A stretch of DNA of 64,000 nt from Candidatus Babelota bacterium (GCA_018817025.1 JAHIUU010000001.1:6852-70851); one strand, 5' to 3'. Shown: positions 1 to 9,945, numbered from the stretch's first letter. Notes: a model not told the origin generated them from the sequence alone. Numbers and translations are program-made.

Positions 1-198
1 GGCATATTTATACCCGCCATAACCCTTGCAAACGGGAAACAGACCAGCTCTTCTCATTTTCTCTTCAATGAGCCGATCCAGCTCAAGGGTTGAAACACCA
101 ACCTCGATGCGATCAGACATTTCGGCCATAATGCCTGCCAGCAACTGGCCCGCCATATGCATTTTGTCAATTGCAGCTTTGTTCTTTATAACAATCAT
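1..198 (-). CDS. map: Methionine aminopeptidase type I, N-terminal fragment (gene runs off the window start)
   Basis: Own reverse-strand translation from ATG (196-198): MIVIKNKAAIDKMHMAGQLLAGIMAEMSDRIEVGVSTLELDRLIEEKMRRAGLFPVCKGYGGYKYA. This matches the MetAP-I N-terminus pattern (I.KMR.AG....GVST.ELD). It starts 3 nt after the secY stop. It is absent from the ORF track because the window edge truncates it. Confidence 0.85.
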   Translation of the reverse strand, partial: MIVIKNKAAIDKMHMAGQLLAGIMAEMSDRIEVGVSTLELDRLIEEKMRRAGLFPVCKGYGGYKYA

Positions 199-201
199 CT
201 A

Positions 202-1524
202 CTAACCACGGCGACCCTTTAGTCGCCCCGTAGCCAAGAACCCCTCGTAACGCCGCTCTATAAGCTGCGATTCTATTTGAGACGAGGTATCAAGCGCAAC
301 ACCAATCACAATCAAAAGGCTCACTCCGGCAAACATCGTTGGAAGCTGTGGCAATAAACCGTACACAACCCCGGGTAGAATCGCTAGAGAAGCCAAGTAA
401 AGCGATCCAGGAAAACCAACCCTGGTCAAAATATAGTCAAAGAAATCTGCTGTTCTTTTCCCGGGTCGAATACCAGGAATAAATCCACCAGACTTACGGA
501 TATTATCCGCTAGCTCAACCGGATTAAAAATTATTGCGGTATAAAAGAACGAGAAAAACATGATCAAGCCAGCAGTTAAGACACTGTGCAGCACACCACC
601 ATAACGCAACCAATCCTCCACAATAACCTTGAAAAATGGAATCTTTGTTGCAATCAGCGATGCAATCGCAATAGGCATCGACATCAATGCACTCGCAAAA
701 ATCACAGGAATAACGCCTGCGCTGTTTAGCTTAAGCGGAATATATGAACTCTGCCCGCCATACACCTTTTGGCCAACAACCCGTTTGGCATACTGAACAG
801 GAATCCGTCGCTCACCTCGTTCCAAGAAGATAATGACCGCTATAATCGCAACCAGAAAAAAACCTAGTAACCCAGCCCAAAACATATCTTCGGCTCCGCC
901 AATACGCACCTTTTCAAAGATCTTTAATACTGCAGCCGGAAAGGTCGATAAAATACCGGCAAAAATAATCATCGAACTACCGTTCCCGATACCATGCGAG
1001 TTGATTTGCTCGCCAAGCCACATGACAAACAATGCACCAACCGCCAAAATAATCATGGTGGTTAAACGAAATCCCCATCCAGGAGTAATAACAAGTCCAG
1101 GAAATCGTTCAACAAAGAGCGCTGTACTTAGGCCATACATAATACTCAAACCAAACGTGAGATAACGAGTGTACTGGCTAATAATTCGACGTCCATGCTC
1201 GCCCTCTTTTGAAAGCTGCTCAAGGGATGGCAGCATCACTGTCAAAAGCTGCATCATAATCGATGCATTGATGTACGGTCCCATACCAAGGGCAAAGATC
1301 GCAAATCGACGCAATGCACCACCGGCAAACAAATCCAAATAAGAAAGCAGGCCACCAGCGGTACCACCACCAATCAACTGGTTGAAAACATGCACGTTGA
1401 CTCCTGGAATCGGAATGTGCGTGCCAAAGCGATACACAAAAAACACCCCCAGCGTAAAAAGAAGCTTCTTTCGTAGCTCAGGGACTAAAAAAATATTTTT
1501 TAAATTACGAACTATTACCACCAC
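202..1524 (-). CDS. secY: Preprotein translocase subunit SecY
   Basis: 440-aa multi-pass membrane ORF with a SecY-like block (FAGGALRRFAIFALGMGPYINASIMMQLL). It occupies the terminal position of the spc cluster after rplO. GTG start. Confidence 0.95.
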   Translation of the reverse strand: MVVIVRNLKNIFLVPELRKKLLFTLGVFFVYRFGTHIPIPGVNVHVFNQLIGGGTAGGLLSYLDLFAGGALRRFAIFALGMGPYINASIMMQLLTVMLPSLEQLSKEGEHGRRIISQYTRYLTFGLSIMYGLSTALFVERFPGLVITPGWGFRLTTMIILAVGALFVMWLGEQINSHGIGNGSSMIIFAGILSTFPAAVLKIFEKVRIGGAEDMFWAGLLGFFLVAIIAVIIFLERGERRIPVQYAKRVVGQKVYGGQSSYIPLKLNSAGVIPVIFASALMSMPIAIASLIATKIPFFKVIVEDWLRYGGVLHSVLTAGLIMFFSFFYTAIIFNPVELADNIRKSGGFIPGIRPGKRTADFFDYILTRVGFPGSLYLASLAILPGVVYGLLPQLPTMFAGVSLLIVIGVALDTSSQIESQLIERRYEGFLATGRLKGRRG

Positions 1525-1534
1525 GTGTTAACTC

Positions 1535-2017
1535 CTACTCTTGCCCTTCCGGGGCAATTTTTTTCTCTCCCGTCAACGCCAATATCAGTGCCTGTCCACC
1601 AGCCTTCTTAATAGCCTCGATGGCAGACTTGCTAAACGCGTCCGCATGTACTGTCAGTTTTTTTGTTATGATTCCATTCGAAAGAATCTTCACCAAAGGC
1701 TCTTTGTTGGACTTAATCAGGCCCTTCTCTCGAAGGGCCTGACGATCAACAATCATGTCTGTATCGAATCGCTCTTCTAAGTCTTTCAAACCAACCAAAC
1801 AGTACTCTTTTTTAAACACGTTGGTAAAACCGCGACAAGGCAATCGTCTACTCAACGGCATCTGTCCACCCTCAAAAAAAGGCTTCAATCCAGAACGACC
1901 GCCAGATCGAGACCGCTGCCCCTTATGCCCACGACCAGAGGTTCCCCCCCTACTGCCGCCTCGGCCAACACGTTTTCGTTTTTTCTTGAGCGACTCAAGC
2001 TCATGCAGCTGTAACAT
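1535..2017 (-). CDS. rplO: 50S ribosomal protein L15
   Basis: MLQLHELESLKKKRKRVGRGGSRGGTSGRGHKGQ is a typical L15 N-terminus. The ORF track begins at a TTG at 2029; the ATG at 2017 is preferred. The gene overlaps the rpsE 3' end. Confidence 0.93.
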   Translation of the reverse strand: MLQLHELESLKKKRKRVGRGGSRGGTSGRGHKGQRSRSGGRSGLKPFFEGGQMPLSRRLPCRGFTNVFKKEYCLVGLKDLEERFDTDMIVDRQALREKGLIKSNKEPLVKILSNGIITKKLTVHADAFSKSAIEAIKKAGGQALILALTGEKKIAPEGQE

Positions 2018-2546
2018 CTTTATTCCCAACTAATTCTTTTCCAATTATTTCTTGTAAACTCTTTCCTCGCATCTTGGCAATATCGGCCGCTGAGCGTAAC
2101 TGCTGCAACGCGTTAACGGTTGCTTTGACCGCGTTTTGCGGATTAACCGATCCTATCGACTTCGCCAAAACATCTCGGATTCCTAGTGCCTCCATAACCG
2201 CTCGAACCGCACCACCCGCAATCACGCCGGTACCCTTCGATGCCGAACGAATCAAAACTTTGCTCGCGCCAAATCGGCCCGTAACGGTATAAGGAATCGT
2301 CGTTTTATAGAGAGGAACAACAAACATATTCTTTTTCGCTCGGCGAAGTGCCTTAGCAATCGCAGAAGCAACATCGCGCCCCTTCCCTAGGGCAATACCG
2401 GCTCGCCCAGCCCCATCGCCAACAACGACAAGTGCCGAAAATGCAAACCGACGACCACCCTTAATAACCTTCGCAACACGGCGAACATTTATAACGGTCT
2501 CGATGAACTCACTTTCTTTTTTAAATTCTTTCTTCTTTTCTGCCAT
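2001..2546 (-). CDS. rpsE: 30S ribosomal protein S5
   Basis: Contains VINVRRVAKVIKGGRRFAFSALVVVGDG, the S5 dsRBD motif. spc-cluster synteny (L18-S5-L15). Confidence 0.95.
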   Translation of the reverse strand: MAEKKKEFKKESEFIETVINVRRVAKVIKGGRRFAFSALVVVGDGAGRAGIALGKGRDVASAIAKALRRAKKNMFVVPLYKTTIPYTVTGRFGASKVLIRSASKGTGVIAGGAVRAVMEALGIRDVLAKSIGSVNPQNAVKATVNALQQLRSAADIAKMRGKSLQEIIGKELVGNKDVTAA

Positions 2547-2557
2547 AGTCTACCCGG

Positions 2558-2914
2558 TTAAAAAGTTAATCCACCTTCTCGCAAACCCTCTGCCAACGCA
2601 CGCACTCGTCCATGATAGCGATACGCTCCCCGATCAAAGAATACTTCCTTAATCGCCTTCTCTGTTGCAAGTTTCCCAAGCTCTAGCCCAACCTGCTTTG
2701 CAAACGAGCTCTTATCACCTTTTGCATCTTTCAGCTTGAGCGAGGAAAAACTAACAAGCGTTTTGCCTGTAGCATCGTCAATAACTTGTGCATAAATCTG
2801 TTTCAAACTTCGAAACACACTTACGCGAGGCTTAGCCCCCCTGCTCAAAAGCCCGTTCCTCACTCGAAAGGAACGTCGCTTGCGCTGTTGTTTTAATTTT
2901 TTTTCTGCACCCAC
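2558..2914 (-). CDS. rplR: 50S ribosomal protein L18
   Basis: 118 aa, ending in the typical L18 sequence FDRGAYRYHGRVRALAEGLREGGLTF. Synteny. Confidence 0.95.
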   Translation of the reverse strand: MGAEKKLKQQRKRRSFRVRNGLLSRGAKPRVSVFRSLKQIYAQVIDDATGKTLVSFSSLKLKDAKGDKSSFAKQVGLELGKLATEKAIKEVFFDRGAYRYHGRVRALAEGLREGGLTF

Positions 2915-2925
2915 CTGTCTATCCT

Positions 2926-3462
2926 TTATGCGCCCGTTTTACCGGCTTTTCGAATAATTTCTTCATCAGCTCGCATCACGCCGGTTCCTTTGTACGGCTC
3001 AGGCGTTCGAAAGCTTCGAACCTTGTCGCAAACACTTCCCAGAAGACCTTTATCATGCGACTTGAACAACAACTGTTGTCCGGTTCTGTCAACATCAACA
3101 GTAACTCCCACAGGCAAAGTATATTCAACCTTGTGACTATACCCCAACGAGAAAACCATATCTTTGCCTGAAATCTGAGCCTTGTACCCTAGGCCCACAA
3201 TCTTCATGGCCAACTCAAAACCTTTTTCAATACCATGTATCTTATTCGCAAGCAACGCCCGATGCAACCCCCATTGCGCGCGAACCTCTCGCGTGTTTTG
3301 CGTTGGCGTTAAAACCAGTGTGCTGCCATCTATCGAGGCGACAAGCTGAACTGGTAACTCATGCTCAAACTTAAGCTTGGCACCACTCACTAAAACGTTA
3401 TTTCCCTTCACCTCAACCTTAGCGGACGAAAAGGGAATTGGCTTTCTTCCTATTTTTGACAT
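2926..3462 (-). CDS. rplF: 50S ribosomal protein L6
   Basis: MSKIGRKPIPFSSAKVEVKGNNV is an L6 N-terminus. Synteny S8-L6-L18. Confidence 0.95.
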   Translation of the reverse strand: MSKIGRKPIPFSSAKVEVKGNNVLVSGAKLKFEHELPVQLVASIDGSTLVLTPTQNTREVRAQWGLHRALLANKIHGIEKGFELAMKIVGLGYKAQISGKDMVFSLGYSHKVEYTLPVGVTVDVDRTGQQLLFKSHDKGLLGSVCDKVRSFRTPEPYKGTGVMRADEEIIRKAGKTGA

Positions 3463-3477
3463 ATCGCATACCCTTTT

Positions 3478-3873
3478 TTACCAAACATGGCAAATAACTT
3501 CGCCGCCAACAGACATCTTCCTTGCTTGCTTATCAGCAATTATCCCTTGATTGGTCGATAGGATAGATATACCAAGGCCACCAATCACCGGGGTCACTCC
3601 CTTTAAACCTGAATAATGCCTACGACCAGGTCGACTAATTCGCTTTATCTCATGAATAACCGACTCACCGCCAACGTACTTAAGATAAAGCTCTAAGAAG
3701 CTTCGATTCCGCTCACCAACAGCCTTCTTAAAATCTCTTATATAACCCTCTTCTTTAAGAACCTGCGCAACGCCGAATCTCATGTTCGAAAAGGGAACGA
3801 TCACCGTACGCTTAGAAACCATCAACGCATTCCGGATCGCTGTTAAAAAATCGCCCATTGTATCAACTGACAT
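3478..3873 (-). CDS. rpsH: 30S ribosomal protein S8
   Basis: DFLTAIRNA...VLKEEGYIRDF and the C-terminal GGEVICHVW are typical of S8. Confidence 0.95.
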   Translation of the reverse strand: MSVDTMGDFLTAIRNALMVSKRTVIVPFSNMRFGVAQVLKEEGYIRDFKKAVGERNRSFLELYLKYVGGESVIHEIKRISRPGRRHYSGLKGVTPVIGGLGISILSTNQGIIADKQARKMSVGGEVICHVW

Positions 3874-3882
3874 AATAATACC

Positions 3883-4068
3883 TCACCAGCTTGTCTTTCT
3901 TACGCCGGGAAGCAAGCCTTCCAGCGCATATTTTCTAAAACAAATTCGACACAACATAAACATTCGCATAAAACCACGCGGCCTTCCACAGTCACGACAA
4001 CGATTTCTTTGTCGTGTCGAAAACTTTGGGGTCTTATTTGCTTTTTCAATTAACGCTTTTCTTGCCAT
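3883..4068 (-). CDS. rpsN: 30S ribosomal protein S14, short zinc-binding (type Z) form
   Basis: 61 aa with CRDCGRPRG...CRICFR (CxxC...CxxC) and the C-terminal GVRKTSW. Lies between L5 and S8. Confidence 0.95.
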   Translation of the reverse strand: MARKALIEKANKTPKFSTRQRNRCRDCGRPRGFMRMFMLCRICFRKYALEGLLPGVRKTSW

Positions 4069-4073
4069 ATCTT

Positions 4074-4613
4074 TTACTTCCTAAAGGGCATATTAAAACT
4101 CTTCAACAATGCGTATGCTGAGTTATCGTCTTTTGCCGTTGTGTGAACCGAGATGTTCAGGCCACGACTCTTATCAATAGAATCGTAATCAACTTCTGGA
4201 AAGACAAACCAATCTTGCATACCCAAATTATAATTACCATTTCCATCAAACTTTGTGGTCACACCCTGAAAATCTCGCACCCCAGGAAGTGCAACGTTTA
4301 TCAACTTGTCTAAAAAGTCATACATCCTCTGCTTGCGCAGAGTCACCATAACGCCAATAGGAGCACCTTCCCGCAACTTAAATCCAGCAATCGAGTTGCG
4401 AGCTTTTGTTCGAACCGCGCTCTGTCCGGCGATATCACTAATGATGTCTCTAATAGCATTCAAAACCTTGCTATCGCCAACTGCGTCCTTAACGCCCATA
4501 TTAATCACAACTTTTGACAGTCGAGGGATTTGCATAACATTCTTTACCCCCAACTCTTTTTGCAGCGCAGGTCGCAATGTTTCTTTGTATAATGTTTCTA
4601 ATCGAGAACTCAT
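4074..4613 (-). CDS. rplE: 50S ribosomal protein L5
   Basis: 179 aa. The blocks [17 protein letters not shown] and [15 protein letters not shown] are typical of L5. Confidence 0.95.
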   Translation of the reverse strand: MSSRLETLYKETLRPALQKELGVKNVMQIPRLSKVVINMGVKDAVGDSKVLNAIRDIISDIAGQSAVRTKARNSIAGFKLREGAPIGVMVTLRKQRMYDFLDKLINVALPGVRDFQGVTTKFDGNGNYNLGMQDWFVFPEVDYDSIDKSRGLNISVHTTAKDDNSAYALLKSFNMPFRK

Positions 4614-4633
4614 GTCACCCTCTGTTTACCTAA

Positions 4634-4936
4634 CTAAAAAGCCTCTTTGCAACGATGGCAAGCTCGAAGCTTATTTTGAACCGTCATTCGACAAGCCTTT
4701 TTGCACGAAGGACAAATCGGCATGAGTTTGCAAAATGGTACAAACCCTTCCTCCTTCGAAATTCGACTTGTTTCACCCTGTCGCCGCGCCTTGATGTGGC
4801 GAGTAACCAAGCAAACACCTTTCACCATAGCCTGCTCTTTTTTTCTATCAATAATAATAATGTTTCCCTGCTTCCCCTTATCTTTACCAGAGGTTACAAC
4901 AACGAGGTCGTCTTTCTTTATTCGTACTGCCATCAC
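4634..4936 (-). CDS. rplX: 50S ribosomal protein L24 (with a 4-Cys C-terminal motif)
   Basis: [21 protein letters not shown] is the KOW motif. The C-terminus reads [22 protein letters not shown]. Synteny L14-L24-L5. Confidence 0.93.
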   Translation of the reverse strand: MMAVRIKKDDLVVVTSGKDKGKQGNIIIIDRKKEQAMVKGVCLVTRHIKARRQGETSRISKEEGFVPFCKLMPICPSCKKACRMTVQNKLRACHRCKEAF

Positions 4937-5301
4937 AAAACCTCCGGAGCAAGAGAAACAATTTTCGTGTACTTGCGCCCTCGCAACTCACGTGCTACTG
5001 GACCAAAGATACGCGACCCAACAGGCTGCTTGTCTTTGTCGATAATAACAGCCGCATTATCATCAAACCGTACATAACTTCCATCCGATCTACGAAACTC
5101 TTTACGTGTTCTAACAATCACTGCATCTACAACTGCGCTTTTTTTCACAGTACCAGCAGGGATCGCACGCTTGACCGTCGCCTTAACGACATCACCAATG
5201 CGCGCAAAACGGCTCCGAGTTCCACCCTTAACCTCAATCACTTTAAGCTTTTTTGCGCCAGAGTTATCGGCAACGTCCAGCATCGTCTCTTTTTGAATCA
5301 T
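4933..5301 (-). CDS. rplN: 50S ribosomal protein L14
   Basis: [22 protein letters not shown] is the canonical L14 N-terminus. Confidence 0.97.
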   Translation of the reverse strand: MIQKETMLDVADNSGAKKLKVIEVKGGTRSRFARIGDVVKATVKRAIPAGTVKKSAVVDAVIVRTRKEFRRSDGSYVRFDDNAAVIIDKDKQPVGSRIFGPVARELRGRKYTKIVSLAPEVL

Positions 5302-5318
5302 CGCATCATCCTCAATTC

Positions 5319-5591
5319 TCAGTCAGCCTGCCTTATAATCCGACTCAATACCATATGCTTTGTTTTTGATAAAGGCCGACTTTCAGCAATCTCAACCCAA
5401 TCTCCAACATGGGCAGTCCCCTGCTCATCATGCACCTTATACTTTTTCGACTTCTGCACCGTTTTCCCCAACAACGGATGCTTAAATCGTCTTGTAACCT
5501 TTACAACAACGGTCTTTTGCATCTTATCAGATACAACTTCGCCCTCTAAAACCCGTTTTCTTTTCGTTTCGCTACTTTTTGTTGTATCCAT
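5319..5591 (-). CDS. rpsQ: 30S ribosomal protein S17
   Basis: Contains [36 protein letters not shown], the S17 pattern. Confidence 0.95.
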   Translation of the reverse strand: MDTTKSSETKRKRVLEGEVVSDKMQKTVVVKVTRRFKHPLLGKTVQKSKKYKVHDEQGTAHVGDWVEIAESRPLSKTKHMVLSRIIRQAD

Positions 5592-5592
5592 A

Positions 5593-5784
5593 TCACCCTT
5601 GTTCTTTCTGCCTTATATACGTTAATGCCCGAGCAATTTCCCCGCGCAGCTTTTTGAACTGAGAGTTGTCCTTAATGTGCGTGGAGGCAGCACTCAACCG
5701 CAGATTAAAAAGCTCTTTGCGCATTTCGACAATCTTCTCTTGCAACTTTTTTTCATCCATCTTTTTTAGTTCAGTTTTTTTCAT
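5593..5784 (-). CDS. rpmC: 50S ribosomal protein L29
   Basis: 63 aa with [21 protein letters not shown]. Lies between L16 and S17. Confidence 0.92.
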   Translation of the reverse strand: MKKTELKKMDEKKLQEKIVEMRKELFNLRLSAASTHIKDNSQFKKLRGEIARALTYIRQKEQG

Positions 5785-6194
5785 GACGAGTCTCGCTCAA
5801 TAAACTTCGTTTTTAACGGCAACTTGTAAGAAGCTGACTGCAAAACCTTCTTTGCATACTCTCTATCAACACCCTTCACTTCACACAAAACTCGCCCTCG
5901 CTTAACAACCGCAACCCAGTACTCAGGACTTCCTTTACCCTTTCCCATTCGCACTTCAGCAGGCTTTTTGGTTATAGGCTTCTGAGGAAAGATTCGCAAA
6001 AACAACTCGCCAACCTTCTTCATCTTACGACCCATGGTGATACGGATCGCCTCTATCTGCCGGGCAGTGATTCGTCCGCCTTCGGTCGCGATAAGACCAT
6101 AGTCACCAAATGCAACCGTTCGCGCGCCATTCGCCAGCCCCCTCACGCGGCCCTTTTGTACTTTCCGATATTTAGTTTTTTTCGGCATCAACAT
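5781..6194 (-). CDS. rplP: 50S ribosomal protein L16
   Basis: [21 protein letters not shown] is the L16 N-terminus. Confidence 0.97.
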   Translation of the reverse strand: MLMPKKTKYRKVQKGRVRGLANGARTVAFGDYGLIATEGGRITARQIEAIRITMGRKMKKVGELFLRIFPQKPITKKPAEVRMGKGKGSPEYWVAVVKRGRVLCEVKGVDREYAKKVLQSASYKLPLKTKFIERDSS

Positions 6195-6218
6195 CTGTCT
6201 ATTCCTAAAGCTTATCTA

Positions 6219-6845
6219 CTAACTTGAGTACTCACCCCGGCAAATCCAAACCTTCACCCCAATCATTCCGTAGGTCGTTTTGGCTTCAGCCAACGAGTAT
6301 GAAACGTCGGATCGCAAGGTATGCAAAGGAACCGAACCTAGTCGCACCCACTCAGAGCGCGCAATCTCAGCACCTCCCAAGCGACCCGCGCAACAAATTT
6401 TAATTCCCTTTGCTCCGGCCTTAAGCGCAGCATGCGCAACCTTCTTCATAACTCGCTTAAAACTTGCTCGACGCTCAAGCTGCTCGGCAATGGATTGTGC
6501 AACAATTGCCGCATCCAGATCAACGTTCTTCACCTCTTGTACCGAAATCTCTACGTTCTTCTTAAATCGATCGTATAGCGACTTCTTAAGTCCTTCGATA
6601 CCATGCCCCTTCTTCCCAATCACCGTCCCAGGACGAGCTGAAAAGATAACAATCCGAAGGTTTTCTCCAGCCTTGTCAATAATAACTCTTGCAGTATCCG
6701 TCCTGCTCAAAGCATTCGCAAGGTATCCTCTTATAGCAAAGTCTTCCATAAGTGCCTTGCCATAACCATTTTTGGCAAACCAATGCGCTCGCCAGTCCTC
6801 GTGAACACCTAATCTAAATCCAAATGGATGAACCTTTTGTCCCAC
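6219..6845 (-). CDS. rpsC: 30S ribosomal protein S3
   Basis: GQKVHPFGFRLGVHEDWRAHWFA is the S3 N-terminus, and a KH domain is present. GTG start. Confidence 0.97.
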   Translation of the reverse strand: MGQKVHPFGFRLGVHEDWRAHWFAKNGYGKALMEDFAIRGYLANALSRTDTARVIIDKAGENLRIVIFSARPGTVIGKKGHGIEGLKKSLYDRFKKNVEISVQEVKNVDLDAAIVAQSIAEQLERRASFKRVMKKVAHAALKAGAKGIKICCAGRLGGAEIARSEWVRLGSVPLHTLRSDVSYSLAEAKTTYGMIGVKVWICRGEYSS

Positions 6846-6848
6846 AAA

Positions 6849-7190
6849 TCACCTCTTTTTCTCTAAAACTACCGTTACATGACTCAGCCGCCTTCGCTGC
6901 ACAGCGGCTCGTCCCATCGCTGCCGGCTTGTAATATTTCAAAACTGGCCCCTGGTCAACTGCAATCTTCTTGATCATAAGCATCTCTGGAGAATCAACCT
7001 CCTTATGCAAATTCTTTGCATTCGCATATGCTGAATCGAGAACCTTAAGTATCGGTTTAACTCTTTTAGTCATATGGGCCTTTAAATAAGCCTGCGACTC
7101 GGCAAGAGATTTCCCCCGAATGACATCCGCTATCGGCCTGAGCTTGTACGGAGAAATTCGAATGTATTTACCTTCAGCTTTAACTTGCAT
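6849..7190 (-). CDS. rplV: 50S ribosomal protein L22
   Basis: 113 aa with YIRISPYKLRPIADVIRGKS. Synteny S19-L22-S3. Confidence 0.95.
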   Translation of the reverse strand: MQVKAEGKYIRISPYKLRPIADVIRGKSLAESQAYLKAHMTKRVKPILKVLDSAYANAKNLHKEVDSPEMLMIKKIAVDQGPVLKYYKPAAMGRAAVQRRRLSHVTVVLEKKR

Positions 7191-7203
7191 CGTTCTTTAC
7201 CTT

Positions 7204-7494
7204 CTACTTTCCAGCGCTGCCCTTTGAGGCCTGACGCTGTCCACTATGCATACGAAATGTTCTCGTTGGTGCAAACTCACCCAACGCATGTCCCACCATG
7301 TTTTCAGAGATAAAAATGGAGGCGAACTTTCTCCCATCATGCACAGCAATCGTCAAACCAACCATCTCAGGAGTAACAACACTTGACCGACTCCAGGTCT
7401 TTATAACTTCTCGCTTGCCTGACTCATGCGCCATCGCCACCTTTTTCATTAATGACGGAGCAACAAAGGGCCCTTTTTTTAACGATCTTGCCAT
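7204..7494 (-). CDS. rpsS: 30S ribosomal protein S19
   Basis: [19 protein letters not shown]...[13 protein letters not shown] is the S19 pattern. Confidence 0.97.
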   Translation of the reverse strand: MARSLKKGPFVAPSLMKKVAMAHESGKREVIKTWSRSSVVTPEMVGLTIAVHDGRKFASIFISENMVGHALGEFAPTRTFRMHSGQRQASKGSAGK

Positions 7495-7515
7495 GCACCT
7501 TATCCTCTATTTTCT

Positions 7516-8334
7516 TTATTTTTTTCTACGTTTTAAAATCGCAGAATTCTTTCTCTTTCTCGTTCTCGCACCCTTACAACACTTGCCCCACGGAGTTACC
7601 GGATGAGCACCGGATTTCGAGCGGCCTTCACCACCACCATGGGGGTGATCGACAGGGTTCATAGCCATACCCCTCACCGAAGGCCTCCAGCCCCGATGCC
7701 TGGTTCGGCCAGCCTTTCCAAGTGAAATATTGCGGTAATCAGCATTTGAAAGCGTCCCAACAGTCGCCCAATTTTCAACGCCGATCGTTCGCACCTCCCC
7801 TGAAGGCATCTTAAGAATCGCTCGCTCATCTTCACGCGCAACCAACTGCACCGAAGTACCAGCGCTTCGAGCAAACTTGCCGCCCTGTCCCGGATAAAGT
7901 TCAACGTTATGCACAAAGAAGCCTACCGGAATACTTTTAAGAGGAAGACTGTTTCCAACCTTCGCCTCCGCCTTAGCACTAGCCATAATGGTGTCACCAA
8001 TGCGCAAATTATCGGGCCGAAGCATATAACTTTTTGCCCCACTTTTGTAAACAATGAGCGCAATCGAAACATTTCGATTCGGATCGTATTCGAACGCCCT
8101 AACCGTCCCCTCCACATCTTTGTTAACACGCTTGAAGTCGACCAATCGATAGAGCCTCTTCGCGCCGCCGCCACGGTGTCGAACGGTAATCCGTCCATAC
8201 GCATTACGTCCCCCCGTTTTAGGCAAAGGAGCAGTAAGCGATTTCTCCGGAGCCTTTTTTGTCAGGTCCTTCGAGCAGATAAACTGCTGCGCTCGTAACG
8301 ATGAGTTTCTCGGTTTTCTTTTTACTATTGCCAT
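7516..8334 (-). CDS. rplB: 50S ribosomal protein L2
   Basis: Starts MAIVKRKPRNSSLR and contains MNPVDHPHGGGEGRS. The start is moved to the internal ATG at 8334, 5 nt downstream of the rplW stop. The ORF-track 5' extension overlaps rplW. Confidence 0.96.
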   Translation of the reverse strand: MAIVKRKPRNSSLRAQQFICSKDLTKKAPEKSLTAPLPKTGGRNAYGRITVRHRGGGAKRLYRLVDFKRVNKDVEGTVRAFEYDPNRNVSIALIVYKSGAKSYMLRPDNLRIGDTIMASAKAEAKVGNSLPLKSIPVGFFVHNVELYPGQGGKFARSAGTSVQLVAREDERAILKMPSGEVRTIGVENWATVGTLSNADYRNISLGKAGRTRHRGWRPSVRGMAMNPVDHPHGGGEGRSKSGAHPVTPWGKCCKGARTRKRKNSAILKRRKK

Positions 8335-8338
8335 AATG

Positions 8339-8683
8339 TCACTTTCCCTTTGAGGAGACCGCCTCCTCTTTCGCCGTCGGCACTCCCATAGACTCAAACT
8401 GAGGCAAATCAATCTTATACCCTTCTTTGAGGGTGATTATCGCCTTTTTCTTGTCTGGGGTTTGAAACGGACGCCGTCCAAAAGTCTTATTCTTTCCCTT
8501 CAGATTCATCGTCCGAACGTCGCGAACTTTGACATTCCAAAGTTTCTCAACAGCCTCTTTAATCATCGGCTTGTTCGCACTCTTGTGCACCTCAAATGTA
8601 ATCTTGCCAAATTTATCCCGCAAGCCTTGACTCTTCGTGGCCATGTAAATGCGTTTAATAACGTCATAAATAGTTAAATCCAT
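8339..8683 (-). CDS. rplW: 50S ribosomal protein L23
   Basis: 114 aa with YDVIKRIYMATKSQ...KITFEVHKSANKPMIKEAVEKLWNVKV. Synteny L4-L23-L2. Confidence 0.93.
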   Translation of the reverse strand: MDLTIYDVIKRIYMATKSQGLRDKFGKITFEVHKSANKPMIKEAVEKLWNVKVRDVRTMNLKGKNKTFGRRPFQTPDKKKAIITLKEGYKIDLPQFESMGVPTAKEEAVSSKGK

Positions 8684-9315
8684 TTTGCCACCATATCCTT
8701 AAAGAGCTGTAAATCTTTTTTCAAAAACATCCAATACTGTGCACTACTCAAGTCAAACACATTTGGCTGATCAAAAGAGATAAGCCCAACTTGTGGAATG
8801 TTTCTAAACGACGCACAATTAAAAACATCATCGTAAGGCAAAAATAAAATACCCTTCTTCTCAGCAAGTCCCATACTCTTGATCAGGTCAAACGACTTTT
8901 TCGTCTTCGGCACTTGGCCTAGGGAAAAATCGTTATCGACACAGTAGATCATGTTTTTCTCTGACGCAAGCCGAAACAGGTTCTGCAGACACAATCGTCG
9001 TTGCTTACCATTCAACTTAAGTCCTCGAACCCGTGATTGTGGACCAAAAACCACGCCGCCCTTACGCCACAACGGAGATCGAGCCGAACCAGCACGAGCA
9101 CGCCCGGTTCCTTTCTGCCTCCATGGTTTTTTGTTCGAGAAAGCAACCTGTCCACGTGACTTTACCGCAACCGTTCCCTGTCGCCAATTCTGCAACAGAA
9201 CCCGAACCGCACACGCATACGTTTTTGGGCTTAGTTCCGTAGACGGAACCTCTAACCCCAAACTTACCGCCTCTTGCTCCTGCCCGGCAGAGTTAATCAT
9301 CTTTACTTTGCTCAT
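8674..9315 (-). CDS. rplD: 50S ribosomal protein L4
   Basis: Contains PWRQKGTGRARAGSARSPLWRKGGVVFGP, the L4 signature. The start is set at ATG 9315 (MSKVKMINSAG), overlapping the rplC stop by 4 nt. Confidence 0.95.
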   Translation of the reverse strand: MSKVKMINSAGQEQEAVSLGLEVPSTELSPKTYACAVRVLLQNWRQGTVAVKSRGQVAFSNKKPWRQKGTGRARAGSARSPLWRKGGVVFGPQSRVRGLKLNGKQRRLCLQNLFRLASEKNMIYCVDNDFSLGQVPKTKKSFDLIKSMGLAEKKGILFLPYDDVFNCASFRNIPQVGLISFDQPNVFDLSSAQYWMFLKKDLQLFKDMVAKWI

Positions 9316-9938
9316 AATTGCCTCTCGATAAAGAGCAAGGTGTCCTTCTTGCCAGGAACAGCCCCTTTCACAAACAAACAATTCAGCGTCTCATCAATCT
9401 TTGCAACTTCTAAATTCTTTACCTTCACTCGACGGTAACCATGCTGGCCAGGAAGTTTTTTACCCTTAACAACCTTACCTTGCGAGCACATATTCCCTAT
9501 CGAACCAGGTTTGCGATGAAAGGTCGAACCATGGGCACCAGGACCACCAGAAAAACCCCACCGCTTCATAACACCCTGAAACCCAAGGCCTCGGCTTTTT
9601 CCTGCAACATGAACATTGTCGCCAACCGTCAGCGCAAGGTCCTTCAAACGCAACTGCTTACCAGAAGCGGCTGCTGAACTGTCTTCACCCAGTACAACTT
9701 CGTTGATGTGGACAAAAAACTTTTTCTTGTCCTTCAACCAATCAAAAGAGAACGGCTTATCTCTGTATCTTTTGCGAGGCAATCCCACCTGCAAGGCACT
9801 ATAGCCGTCGTTCTCTTTGGTCTTAACCTGTGTCACAAACCATCCGTTCATATCAATGACGGTCACAGGAATCACCTTCCTATTTTCATCAAAAAGCTGC
9901 GTCATTCCTATCTTTGTCCCAAGAAGCGATCTCACCAT
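9312..9938 (-). CDS. rplC: 50S ribosomal protein L3
   Basis: MVRSLLGTKIGMTQLFDENRKVIPVTVI is the L3 N-terminus. The start is set at ATG 9938, 7 nt below the rpsJ stop. Confidence 0.96.
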   Translation of the reverse strand: MVRSLLGTKIGMTQLFDENRKVIPVTVIDMNGWFVTQVKTKENDGYSALQVGLPRKRYRDKPFSFDWLKDKKKFFVHINEVVLGEDSSAAASGKQLRLKDLALTVGDNVHVAGKSRGLGFQGVMKRWGFSGGPGAHGSTFHRKPGSIGNMCSQGKVVKGKKLPGQHGYRRVKVKNLEVAKIDETLNCLFVKGAVPGKKDTLLFIERQL

Positions 9939-9945
9939 GACGTCC

